Assembly: GCA_036770365.1 (NCBI GenBank)
Contig: DAIPJH010000002.1
Span: forward strand, 163,514 to 227,513
Direction of reading: 5' to 3'
Source: Rickettsiales bacterium
GTDB lineage: Bacteria > Pseudomonadota > Alphaproteobacteria > Rickettsiales > UBA998
Length of the DNA stretch: 64,000 nt
Positions 18,857 to 27,768 of the stretch are shown piece by piece. Within the stretch, counting starts at the first letter, position 1, and the number at the start of each line of letters is the position of its first letter. The notes below the pieces were generated by a model. The model had not been told where the DNA came from. It made no database searches and worked only from the letters and a program-made list of their open reading frames with translations. The translations under genes were made by a program, and so were the position numbers.

Positions 18857-19603
18857 ATGGAAAGAACAGAATTAGAGTCACCCAAAGGGGAGCGCATTGC
18901 CAAATTTTTGGCGCGCGCAGGGGTTGCGTCACGCCGTGAGGCGGAGCGAATTATTGAAGATGGTTATGTCACGGTCGATGGCATCACGCTCACGACCCCC
19001 GCTTTTTTAGTAATGGGACATGAGGATATTCGCGTGGACGGAAAACCTATTTCCGCATCTGAGCCAACCCGTATGTGGCTTTACCATAAACCCGTTGGAC
19101 TGCTGACCACGCATTATGACCCCGAAGACCGCCCGACCGTATTTGAGATGCTTCCGCGCTCGATGCCGCGTGTGGTATCAGTCGGGCGTTTAGATTTAAA
19201 TTCTGAAGGACTACTGCTGCTCACCACTAGCGGCGAACTAGCAGGCAAACTTGGTCACCCATCGTTGGGCTGGATTCGCCGCTACCGTGCGCGAATTCAT
19301 GGGATTCCCCCTGAGCATGATTTAGATATTTTGCGTGATGGCGTAACCATTGACGGCGTACATTACGCGCCCGCAAAGATAGAAATTGAGCGCAAACAAG
19401 GCTCAAATTGCTGGCTATCGATCGCGGTGACAGAAGGTAAAAACCGCGAAGTACGCCGCATGTTGGAATATATTGATTGCCCCGTCAACCGTCTGATTCG
19501 CGTGGCGTTCGGACCGTTTTTACTAGGGGATTTAGAGCGCGGCGAGGTCAAAGAAATTCACCCACAAAAAATGAAATCCGCACTTGGTTCGCTATTATCT
19601 TAG
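18857..19603 (+). CDS. rluB: 23S rRNA pseudouridine synthase (RluB/RsuA family)
   Basis: An S4 domain (RIAKFLARAGVASRREAERII) followed by the catalytic motif VGRLDLNSEGLLLLT. Confidence 0.85.
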   Translation: MERTELESPKGERIAKFLARAGVASRREAERIIEDGYVTVDGITLTTPAFLVMGHEDIRVDGKPISASEPTRMWLYHKPVGLLTTHYDPEDRPTVFEMLPRSMPRVVSVGRLDLNSEGLLLLTTSGELAGKLGHPSLGWIRRYRARIHGIPPEHDLDILRDGVTIDGVHYAPAKIEIERKQGSNCWLSIAVTEGKNREVRRMLEYIDCPVNRLIRVAFGPFLLGDLERGEVKEIHPQKMKSALGSLLS

Positions 19604-19620
19604 CATTAGAAGGAGTAGCT

Positions 19621-20190
19621 ATGCTCATCATCATCGCAGGAAAACACCGCAAACGCCGCTTAGAAACCTTAGAGGGCAAAGATATTCGCCCCACATCATC
19701 TCGAGTACGTGAGGCAATTTTCAACATCATCATGCACGCCGACCCTGCGGGAGACGATGAACATTTACTGATTGACCAACCTGTCGCTGACATATGCTGC
19801 GGCAGCGGTGCGCTCGGCCTAGAAGCCTTATCACGCGGGGCAAAACACACAATTTTTATTGACGCAAACCAAAAATCGCTCGAAGTCGCACGCGCCAACG
19901 CCGAGCATATTGGCGAAACTGCCCACGCTGCGTTTTTACGCGCCGACGCCACCGCACTGCCGCCTGCGCGTGTACCATGTAGCGTCGTATTCATGGATCC
20001 ACCTTACGGCACAGGACTACCCGCAAAAATGCTCGCCAGCGCGATGAAACAAGGCTGGATCAAACCAGAGGGCATGGTCGTCATCGAGTTATCCGCCAAA
20101 GAACCGCCTTTCGAGATTCCCGAAGGCATCGAACTCGACAAAGAACGCAGCTACGGCAATACTAAGATTATGATTTTTAGATGTGTCTAA
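19621..20190 (+). CDS. rsmD: 16S rRNA (guanine966-N2)-methyltransferase
   Basis: IIAGKHRKRRL..RPTSSRVREAIFNI, the SAM motif DICCGSGALGLEALSRGA, and the catalytic VFMDPPY. An AAGGAG RBS precedes the ATG at 19621; the track start at 19477 overlaps rluB and is rejected. Confidence 0.85.
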   Translation: MLIIIAGKHRKRRLETLEGKDIRPTSSRVREAIFNIIMHADPAGDDEHLLIDQPVADICCGSGALGLEALSRGAKHTIFIDANQKSLEVARANAEHIGETAHAAFLRADATALPPARVPCSVVFMDPPYGTGLPAKMLASAMKQGWIKPEGMVVIELSAKEPPFEIPEGIELDKERSYGNTKIMIFRCV

Positions 20191-20194
20191 CATT

Positions 20195-20539
20195 CTACTT
20201 TTGCAATATTTCCAATAATTGCTGACAATTCTCTACCGTAATAGATTGTGTAAGGAGTGGATTTGCAAGTTGAAAAATAGCTTCATCAACAAGCGTTTCA
20301 TAGCCTTCTTCAGCTTCAATATCTTCACGACATTCAATCATGTTTGCCCATGATTCCATTTGAGAACTACTTATCACCCCATCAATGTAACGCTTTAATA
20401 TTTCTACCACATGCAACCTCGTAAGGGTTACATAAGGTGCATCTGCATCCCAACCATACTTCAGTAAATTATTTTTCAATGTATGTAAGGGGGCATTATA
20501 TTCTAGTAAATCTTTTAATACTTGTGTTCTCGTTTCCAT
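20195..20539 (-). CDS. hypothetical 114-aa acidic protein; candidate immunity partner of the upstream MuF-motif gene
   Basis: ATG lies 18 nt after the stop of the 186-aa gene, with an AGG SD. Low GC. I recognise no family. The call rests on position and size only. Confidence 0.35.
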   Translation of the reverse strand: METRTQVLKDLLEYNAPLHTLKNNLLKYGWDADAPYVTLTRLHVVEILKRYIDGVISSSQMESWANMIECREDIEAEEGYETLVDEAIFQLANPLLTQSITVENCQQLLEILQK

Positions 20540-20557
20540 AATAACCTACTATTTTTA

Positions 20558-21118
20558 CTATTTAATTTTTATATGCACTACGTCCCCATTGGGTGCAAAA
20601 GTTGTTTTCGTATAAGAAAGTGTATTTCCTTCTGCATCTACTATCTTTTCATATCTAGCAAAGGAATTAGGAATGTTTCTAGCTGGCACATCAGAGCGAA
20701 AGATTCGTATTCCATTTCTTCCTTTTATAATTTGTATCTCTCCAGCAGCTTTAGGAAGCTTTTTGTCAAATCTCCTTAGATTATACGCTTGAGTTTCAGA
20801 GAGAGTTTCTGCATCCACATCCCTTACTTGACGTAATAAAGTAGATAAAAGCCCTGTTAATAAACTTCCTCCTGAGAATAGCCCTATGAGGTCTTCAATA
20901 AAATATGAAGGGTTTATCCTCTCTCTTTCGATAAATCCATCATCATAAAATGATTCTGCCCAACAACGACAGCCATATTCTTCTCCGGGATGCCCCGTAG
21001 GAGGTGGAAAATCCCATGAGAAAACTTTGCCATTATTGGCAGCATGTGAAGAACGAACTTTTCCATCTCCCCTTGTGCGCCAAATGTAATATGGGGTGGG
21101 ATGCTCCTCAGCCTTCAA
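20558..21118 (-). CDS. small protein with a phage MuF (head-morphogenesis, PF04233-like) C-terminal motif plus an unknown 130-aa C-terminal domain; toxin-like
   Basis: The N-terminus YIWRTRGDGKVRSSHAANNGKVFSWDFPPPTGHPGEEYGCRCW matches the W-x-T-x2-D-x-VR-x2-H-x3-NGKVF...PP..HP...CRC signature. About 33-38% GC. The only start in the ORF is TTG 21118. An in-frame SD+ATG at 21196 is cut off by a TGA. Confidence 0.55.
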   Translation of the reverse strand: MKAEEHPTPYYIWRTRGDGKVRSSHAANNGKVFSWDFPPPTGHPGEEYGCRCWAESFYDDGFIERERINPSYFIEDLIGLFSGGSLLTGLLSTLLRQVRDVDAETLSETQAYNLRRFDKKLPKAAGEIQIIKGRNGIRIFRSDVPARNIPNSFARYEKIVDAEGNTLSYTKTTFAPNGDVVHIKIK

Positions 21119-21205
21119 AGAAACCTCGAGTGAAATACCATAACGTAAGTAATTTTGAAACGCTTTTCAATAAGCGGGGGTTGCGGTAAAATCCATAAAT
21201 TCCTC

Positions 21206-21234
21206 ATTCAGTGAGCTATATTGCTACACTGAAT
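21206..21234 (-). terminator. hairpin between the 282-aa gene and the MuF-motif gene
   Basis: ATTCAGTG-13 nt-CACTGAAT, lying immediately upstream (on the minus strand) of the GAGGA SD at 21201-21205. Confidence 0.3.
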
Positions 21235-21262
21235 AAAGAGATAACGCTGTGGAAGAGATAAA

Positions 21263-22111
21263 CTACATCCCCTGCCCGCGCCCAGTACCGCGCGACTGGG
21301 AAACGGCGTTTTCAACAAATTTGCCTGCGATATTGAGTCCTTGCGCGGCTAGGCGGCGCACCGTGTCTTTTGCATCTTCATAGACGGCGAGTTGCCCTGT
21401 TGAAAAATTAAGGCTGGCTTGATTGAGAGTTTTTTGTTCCTGTTTAATACGAGCTTTAGTTTCATCAAGTTTTTGAGTGGCTTTACCCACATCTTGTGGT
21501 TTCATGTTGCCGTGTGCCAGCAGGTTTTTAAAGCCTTTGCGCAGATCATCATGATCGACCATCTCCACCGTTTGCAGCACCGCCTGCACGTCCATCTGCC
21601 CTTTGCCCATTTTCATCAACGCATCTTTAAGCATGGCGCAATCTTGCATGACCTGCTCGGCTTCCTCGCCGCGAAGCTGCGTGTTGTCCTCCACCTTCGG
21701 CGCGAGTAACGCGACAAATAACACCGTGTAATCTTTGTAATACTGTCCAAGTTCAACTTTAACTTTGCGATCAGGCTCTGGCGCAGCCGCCTGTGTACCA
21801 TGCACAATAATATCTTGCTGGATAGGCGCAGGGTAAAAGCCCCGCCCTGCTTGAAACGGTTTAGCAACGATTTGACGCAGCACGGACACATCATAGGCAA
21901 GACGCTCAGGTGCAAGGCGGTCAAACTTGCTATACGGGTCATCCTCACCAGAGGTCAGCGCACGAATCGCATCATGGTAATAATCAATGCGCGGACGAAA
22001 ATCACCCTCCACCCCCTGAATCAAAAATTCAGACTCAATCTGGCGTATTTTCTGATATTGCCCCTCCATAATCGAAACAAGGGCTTGTAATTCTGCTAAA
22101 TCTCGCGTCAT
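21263..22111 (-). CDS. hypothetical protein (predicted coiled-coil rich)
   Basis: 282-aa ORF with host-like GC and a Gly/Arg-rich C-terminus. No recognisable motif. Confidence 0.5.
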   Translation of the reverse strand: MTRDLAELQALVSIMEGQYQKIRQIESEFLIQGVEGDFRPRIDYYHDAIRALTSGEDDPYSKFDRLAPERLAYDVSVLRQIVAKPFQAGRGFYPAPIQQDIIVHGTQAAAPEPDRKVKVELGQYYKDYTVLFVALLAPKVEDNTQLRGEEAEQVMQDCAMLKDALMKMGKGQMDVQAVLQTVEMVDHDDLRKGFKNLLAHGNMKPQDVGKATQKLDETKARIKQEQKTLNQASLNFSTGQLAVYEDAKDTVRRLAAQGLNIAGKFVENAVSQSRGTGRGQGM

Positions 22112-22145
22112 ATTCCATCCAAACGATAAGGCGCAACTATATCAC

Positions 22146-23321
22146 ATGTCACCCACTAATATCCAGCCCCGACCTTTAGCGATTTATATGCACTGGCCAT
22201 TTTGCTTAGCAAAGTGTCCTTATTGCGATTTTAATAGCCATGTGCGTGAGTCCGTCCCGCAAGATCGTTGGCGGGCAGCGATGCTGCGTGAGCTGGATAC
22301 GATGGCGAAGCGTATTGGCTCACACTGGCAGGTAAGCAGCATTTTCTTTGGCGGCGGCACGCCGTCACTCATGCCAACGGAAACGGTGGACGCATTGATC
22401 TCACGAACAAGAGAACTTTGGAATCACACAGATAACTGCGAAATCACGCTGGAGGCCAATCCAACATCTTCAGAGGCTTCTAAATTTCGTGGGTTTCGTG
22501 ATGCAGGGGTGAACCGCGTATCACTCGGCGTGCAGTCTCTACGTGAAGATGCGTTAAAGTTTTTGGGGCGCGAACATAGCGCAAAAGAGGCAGTGGCTGC
22601 GGTTAAGCTTGCCGCCGATATTTTCCCGCGCTATTCGCTGGACTTGATCTATGCGCGCCCAAACCAAGACCCTAAAGACTGGAAACAAGAACTCAAGCAG
22701 GCACTCACACTGATTCGCGGACATATCTCGCTGTATCAACTGACAATGGAGCAAGGCACAGCGTTTTATCCGCGTTATCAGCGCGGCGATATTATCCTGC
22801 CACCTGAAGATACTGCGGTGGAACTCTATGAAATGACCCGTGATCTATGCGCTCATCATGGACTACATGCCTATGAAATCTCCAATTACGCCAAAACAGG
22901 ACAGGAATCACGCCATAACCTCGCTTATTGGCAGGGGGATACCTATCTTGGTGTCGGCGCAGGTGCGCACGGACGCATACTAAACCTTGACGGACAATGG
23001 GTAGCAACATCTACACTCAAAAGCCCTGAACGCTGGTTAGAACAGGTCGAACGAGAAGGGCATGGCATTGAGCTAGAACATATCATTCCGCCAGCGGAAC
23101 GAGCAGAAGAGCTATTACTTACAGGGCTGCGCCTCAAAAGTGGCATTATCAAAGCACATTTTGAAAGCTCTTGCGGCATCGCGCTAGATTCCATCCTCGA
23201 CCACGACGCCATCACACACCTCAGCCAGCAAGGACTCGTCATTGATAACCCTCTTTGCCTTAAACTCAGCAATGAAGGGCGACTATTGCTTGATAGCGTC
23301 GCAGCAGCGTTACTAGCTTAA
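22146..23321 (+). CDS. hemW: radical SAM heme chaperone / oxygen-independent coproporphyrinogen oxidase-like
   Basis: LAIYMHWPFCLAKCPYCDF (CxxxCxxC radical-SAM cluster) and GGGTPS. The 391-aa length fits the HemW/HemN-like class. Confidence 0.85.
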   Translation: MSPTNIQPRPLAIYMHWPFCLAKCPYCDFNSHVRESVPQDRWRAAMLRELDTMAKRIGSHWQVSSIFFGGGTPSLMPTETVDALISRTRELWNHTDNCEITLEANPTSSEASKFRGFRDAGVNRVSLGVQSLREDALKFLGREHSAKEAVAAVKLAADIFPRYSLDLIYARPNQDPKDWKQELKQALTLIRGHISLYQLTMEQGTAFYPRYQRGDIILPPEDTAVELYEMTRDLCAHHGLHAYEISNYAKTGQESRHNLAYWQGDTYLGVGAGAHGRILNLDGQWVATSTLKSPERWLEQVEREGHGIELEHIIPPAERAEELLLTGLRLKSGIIKAHFESSCGIALDSILDHDAITHLSQQGLVIDNPLCLKLSNEGRLLLDSVAAALLA

Positions 23322-24562
23322 CGCCCCATAAAGGTGCGTGGCGAGGGTGAAATCTCCTTAAAGCCATCGGGTGCAATTTCAATCACCGCTAGACCACGCT
23401 CACAAATCCCGCTTTGCTTACAACGAAAAATTCCATTGGCAGGACCCGAAAAACCATTCGGGCTGGCAATCGCCGCGGCACTAAAATCAACCTTTGCAGG
23501 ATTATTGGCCAAGGTTGCCGCCAATGCCACGGCATCATACGACAGACTCGCTATACGTTGCGGTGAATAGCCATAGCTATTTGTAAAACGAGTTTCAAAG
23601 CCATGACGAGCAATGACCGAAGCAGAAGCGAACCAAGCTCCGCGTACATCCTCACGTGCAAGCAACGCATCATCATCCCATAAGCCCGTCCCCAAGAACT
23701 TCACTTGTGAATGGTTCACACCATATGTTTTCAAACGTGCAAGAATATGTTCAAGCTGTTTACCACCATCTGCAATCAACATAGCATCCATAGGTGTTTG
23801 TTCTTCACGCCCTCCAATGACACGTTGAATTGCCAAATCCACCTGTTTAATATCCGCGGGATAATATTCACTAGCGACAATTTCACCGCCCGCACTGCTA
23901 GCTTGTTGCTGTGCTGCCTCTGCTACCATATGCCCATAATCAGTATCAGGCGCAAGCACCGCGATACGTTTCTTACCTTGCAAAATTGCCTCCGCAATAA
24001 TGCGCTTACCTTGTTGTTCTGGCATAAATCCAAGCAAGAACACACCCTCACGGCTGACCATACGATTATTCGAGAAACTAAGCACGGTGATACCTTTGCT
24101 TGCCGCAATAGGAGCAACCGCTTTCACGGCGTCACTGTAAAGCGGCCCAATAATAAGCTGCGCACCCTCCGCAATAGCCTCATTCGCTGCACGTGCTGCG
24201 GATTGCGGTGTACTGCCTGAATCCTTCGGGATTAACACTAATTGACGTACTTTCTGTGCAGGAGGCATTGCCGCATCTTTGTCAAACAACCCCATCATTG
24301 CCGCATCCAATAAAGCTTGACCAAGCGGCGCGCCATCACCCGAAAGCGGCAATAAAAGAGCAACTTTTACTTCAGGTAATAGATTCTTTTTTGCTTGTTT
24401 CTTTCCAAGCTTCGTATCTTCTGCAACGCCAACCCTCGGAGGATTATATGAAGACACACGGCGTGAACCATGTGCATCCGCCCAACGCCCTGCACCGCCA
24501 CATCCTGACACTAATAAACTTGCCAATACCACGCCAGTAGCGCACAATAGAATCTTACGCAC
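23318..24562 (-). CDS. LpoA-like lipoprotein (periplasmic-binding-protein type 1 fold, penicillin-binding protein activator family)
   Basis: Lipobox LLVSGC. Leu/Ile/Val-binding-protein-like fold pattern. Divergent from rsmI, as lpoA(yraM)/rsmI(yraL) are in other proteobacteria. Confidence 0.6.
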   Translation of the reverse strand: MRKILLCATGVVLASLLVSGCGGAGRWADAHGSRRVSSYNPPRVGVAEDTKLGKKQAKKNLLPEVKVALLLPLSGDGAPLGQALLDAAMMGLFDKDAAMPPAQKVRQLVLIPKDSGSTPQSAARAANEAIAEGAQLIIGPLYSDAVKAVAPIAASKGITVLSFSNNRMVSREGVFLLGFMPEQQGKRIIAEAILQGKKRIAVLAPDTDYGHMVAEAAQQQASSAGGEIVASEYYPADIKQVDLAIQRVIGGREEQTPMDAMLIADGGKQLEHILARLKTYGVNHSQVKFLGTGLWDDDALLAREDVRGAWFASASVIARHGFETRFTNSYGYSPQRIASLSYDAVALAATLANNPAKVDFSAAAIASPNGFSGPANGIFRCKQSGICERGLAVIEIAPDGFKEISPSPRTFMGR

Positions 24563-24637
24563 AAAACATCTCCACTCTAAAAATCTCTCTGATGATTTGG
24601 TGCAGAGATTAAGCTAAACTAAAGGCAATGTAAATCC

Positions 24638-25543
24638 GTGAGTCACAAGAAAATTTCATCCCCTTCCACCTCAACACATATGCTGGTTCACACTGTCGGC
24701 ACGTTATCTGTTACTGCCACACCCATTGGTAATTTACGTGATTGGACCTACCGCGCAGAACAAACCGCACGTGAGGCAGATATTATTTTATGTGAAGACA
24801 CCCGCGTCACCCGCAAATTACTCTCCCATTTTGGCATCAACACCCCCACCATGTCCTATCACGAACATAACGCGCTGAAACAACACCCCGCCATTATCAC
24901 TATGCTCATGGAAGGCAAACATGTAATGCTCGTTAGCGATGCAGGTACACCCCTTATCTCTGATCCAGGTTCATTGCTTGTGCAAGAAGCAGTGAAGATC
25001 GGGGCGCAGATCACCCCTATTCCTGGTGCATCAAGCGTCATCGCTGCACTTAGCGTTGCGGGTCTTTCCACACAAAGGTTCATGTTTTTAGGTTTTCTGC
25101 CAACCAAACATACTGCACGCTGCAAAGAAATCACTCGCTTTTCAACGCTCCCAGCAACATTGGTTTTTTTAGAATCACCAAATCGCATTGTGGAGACGCT
25201 GCGCGATCTACACATTATTTTAGGTACGCGCCAAGCCGTTATGCTGCGAGAAATCACCAAGCTTTATGAAGAAACGGTGCGTGGCTCTCTGCAAGAAATC
25301 CTCATTATATTGGAAGCCCGCAGTGACATCAAAGGCGAAATTGTGTTAGTGGTTGATGGAGCGCAAGAACAAGACCTCGAGGTAGGCAGTGACGATGCTG
25401 ATATTGAAAATTTACTACTAGGGGCAATGCAACACACCAGCCTGAAAGACGCCGTAAAGGCTATCGCCGATGCAACAGGTTTGCAGCGCAAAACATTGTA
25501 TGATATGGCATTACAACTACGTATGCGCCAAAATATAAAGTGA
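24638..25543 (+). CDS. rsmI: 16S rRNA (cytidine1402-2'-O)-methyltransferase
   Basis: TPIGNLRDWTYRA...ILCEDTRVTRKLL...VSDAGTPLISDPG, a tetrapyrrole-methylase-fold RsmI signature. GTG start at 24638. Confidence 0.9.
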   Translation: MSHKKISSPSTSTHMLVHTVGTLSVTATPIGNLRDWTYRAEQTAREADIILCEDTRVTRKLLSHFGINTPTMSYHEHNALKQHPAIITMLMEGKHVMLVSDAGTPLISDPGSLLVQEAVKIGAQITPIPGASSVIAALSVAGLSTQRFMFLGFLPTKHTARCKEITRFSTLPATLVFLESPNRIVETLRDLHIILGTRQAVMLREITKLYEETVRGSLQEILIILEARSDIKGEIVLVVDGAQEQDLEVGSDDADIENLLLGAMQHTSLKDAVKAIADATGLQRKTLYDMALQLRMRQNIK

Positions 25544-25941
25544 CCGCCATGAGCCACATCAAAGTCATCAAAAAGAAGCCTGAAAAACACAAAAAGCGTG
25601 CTTATTTCTGGGGAATTCTTGCTGAATGGATTGCCGCCGTCTGGCTTATACTACATGGATACACTATTTTACGTCGTCGCTACCGCAACAAACATGGTGA
25701 AATTGACCTAATAGCCCTTAAAAATAATACCGTGGTATTTATCGAAGTCAAAGCCCGAAAAAATGAACGCACCGCACTAGAATCGATCTCTGCACGTCAA
25801 AAAATGCGCATTGAACGTGCCGCAAAGTCTTTTATAGCACGCACCCTTTATGTTCACCACGACCTTCGCTTTGATGTCATTACTTGTAGCCCTTGGCAAA
25901 AACCACTCCATCTTGTCAATGCATGGCAACCGCTTGGATAA
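25540..25941 (+). CDS. yraN: YraN family (UPF0102) endonuclease-like protein
   Basis: GEIDLIALKNNTVVFIEVKAR...RFDVI pattern. 4-bp overlap with rsmI. Confidence 0.8.
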   Translation: MTAMSHIKVIKKKPEKHKKRAYFWGILAEWIAAVWLILHGYTILRRRYRNKHGEIDLIALKNNTVVFIEVKARKNERTALESISARQKMRIERAAKSFIARTLYVHHDLRFDVITCSPWQKPLHLVNAWQPLG

Positions 25942-26036
25942 ACCTATCGACCACTGTCACTGTATTGCATCTTGCACTAAGGTAGATTTTTTGCATAATC
26001 ACCAACATATTTTATGTGGATTCTAATGGCACACCC

Positions 26037-26651
26037 ATGACCCAAACATCTCACCTTTTTTTCTTGTTACTGTGTAATGCTGCACTGCTCACCAGCGGGT
26101 GCGCTCCAACACTGATAGCTTCAGGTGCAGCTGTTGGCGCAAGTGCGACAGAAGAACGCTCATTAGGCAATAATCTTGATGACAAAATTATCAAAGCAAA
26201 TATCACCCATTTCTTCGTGCAATCTGACGTAAATGATATGTTACTTAACGTCAACATCGAGGTAGATGAGGGACGCGTTTTACTTACGGGTACGGTCAAA
26301 AGCCAAAAAACATCCGACGAGGCAACTAGACTGGCATGGTCTGCAAAAGGCGTACAAGAAGTCATTAATGAACTCAAAGTAGGTGAACCACTAAGTGTAC
26401 TTACGCGCAGCAACGACACGTGGATCACCACCCAAATTCGCAGCCGCCTGATCGCTACCAAAGATATTCGTTCGGTCAACTATACCATCGAAGCCGTTAA
26501 TGGCGTTGTTTACCTCCTTGGCACGGCTCAAAACAGCTTTGAGCTTGATAGTGTCACCTACATCGCCGCGCATACACATGGGGTAAGCAAAGTTATCAGC
26601 CATGTCCGCCTAAAAAACTCTGAAAAACGCATCAAGGTCAATCAGTCATGA
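26037..26651 (+). CDS. BON-domain lipoprotein (DolP/OsmY-like)
   Basis: Lipobox LLTSGC and two BON-like segments (VEVDEGRVLLTGTV... and IEAVNGVVYLLGTA...). The position matches yraP/dolP synteny. Confidence 0.75.
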   Translation: MTQTSHLFFLLLCNAALLTSGCAPTLIASGAAVGASATEERSLGNNLDDKIIKANITHFFVQSDVNDMLLNVNIEVDEGRVLLTGTVKSQKTSDEATRLAWSAKGVQEVINELKVGEPLSVLTRSNDTWITTQIRSRLIATKDIRSVNYTIEAVNGVVYLLGTAQNSFELDSVTYIAAHTHGVSKVISHVRLKNSEKRIKVNQS

Positions 26652-27595
26652 GCATCGCACGCGTCGCCATCCAAATGGACGCCCCCCAAAGCTTAAAGCC
26701 TTTTACCGACACCACCATTTTACTTGGGTTAGAGGCACAAAGGCGTGGCTATAGCTTGGTACATTATCACCCTTCAAGCTTGAGTGTGCGAGGCGGCAAT
26801 GTTTATGCAAAAACGCAATCCATTTCTATGAAAGAAGGTTTGGAAAACTGGTTTGAGGCCGGAGAATGGCAACACACCAATCTTGGTGAAATGAACGTCA
26901 TATTAATGCGTCAAGACCCACCGTTTGACATGGGCTATATTACCGCTACCCATTTTCTTGAAATGCTCATGCCCAAAGTTTTTGTGACCAACCACCCTGC
27001 ACACGTACGTAACTGTCCTGAAAAAATATTCCCGCTAATGTTTCATGAATTCATGCCTGAAACATTGATTACGCGTTCGCAGAAAGATGTGATGGCATTT
27101 CTCACTGAGTTTAACGACATTGTCATTAAACCGCTTTATGGCTTCGCAGGACTTGGCGTATTTCGTCTAAAAACTGGTGGTGATAACATCCAAGCGATTT
27201 TGGAAACCCTACTCACCAACCCTAACGAACCCTATATGGTGCAACGTTTTTTACCAGAGGTCAAAGACGGCGACCGCAGAATCTTACTCATTGATGGCAA
27301 GGTTGAGGGCGTGCTTGGGCGCATCCCCGCGGAAGGTGAGATCCGCGCCAATTTCCGAGCAGGCGGCAGCGCAGCCAGTGCGCTCCTCACCACACGTCAG
27401 CGTGAGATATGCGAAGCCATCGCCCCAGAACTTATTAAACGTGATTTAATTTTAGTAGGACTCGATGTCATTGGTGATTACTTAACTGAAATCAACCTGA
27501 CTTCACCTACAAGTATGCCTGCGCTCAAACGACTCTACAACTCTGCGCCAGAATCATTGGTTTGGGATGCTATTGAACGTCGCATAAACTCTTAA
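26648..27595 (+). CDS. gshB: glutathione synthetase
   Basis: ATP-grasp prokaryotic GshB pattern (VILMRQDPPFD..YITATHFLE...IVIKPLYGFAGLGVF...GDRRILLIDG...EINLTSP). Confidence 0.9.
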   Translation: MSIARVAIQMDAPQSLKPFTDTTILLGLEAQRRGYSLVHYHPSSLSVRGGNVYAKTQSISMKEGLENWFEAGEWQHTNLGEMNVILMRQDPPFDMGYITATHFLEMLMPKVFVTNHPAHVRNCPEKIFPLMFHEFMPETLITRSQKDVMAFLTEFNDIVIKPLYGFAGLGVFRLKTGGDNIQAILETLLTNPNEPYMVQRFLPEVKDGDRRILLIDGKVEGVLGRIPAEGEIRANFRAGGSAASALLTTRQREICEAIAPELIKRDLILVGLDVIGDYLTEINLTSPTSMPALKRLYNSAPESLVWDAIERRINS

Positions 27596-27637
27596 CATTC
27601 AAATGCCACTAAAGCTAACGGCGAACAACTTCCGCAA

Positions 27638-27685
27638 CCGTGATCACGGCTGGTAATTCTATTATGTAAAACACAATAGAATTAC
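27638..27685 (+). promoter_or_regulatory. perfect 12-bp palindrome plus 11-bp-stem hairpin upstream of ilvH
   Basis: CCGTGATCACGG lies at 27638-27649. GTAATTCTATT-11 nt-AATAGAATTAC lies at 27653-27685. Both fall between the gshB stop and the ilvH start. Confidence 0.3.
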
Positions 27686-27768
27686 TATAACATTTTATCA
27701 TTGTCATCATGGTGATAGGCTGGTATCCAGAAAAAAGGCATCACTAGTTCCATAAGGATTTTAAAAAA

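Noticed and set aside
19477-19620. Upstream extension of rsmD that overlaps the rluB 3' end by 127 bp.
   Set aside because: The Arg-rich translation is nonsensical. The ATG at 19621 has an AAGGAG SD and matches the usual RsmD N-terminus.
27709-27747. Possible ilv attenuator leader peptide (MVIGWYPEKRHH) upstream of ilvH.
   Set aside because: It contains only one Val and one Ile. No run of regulatory codons and no convincing terminator/antiterminator pair follows.
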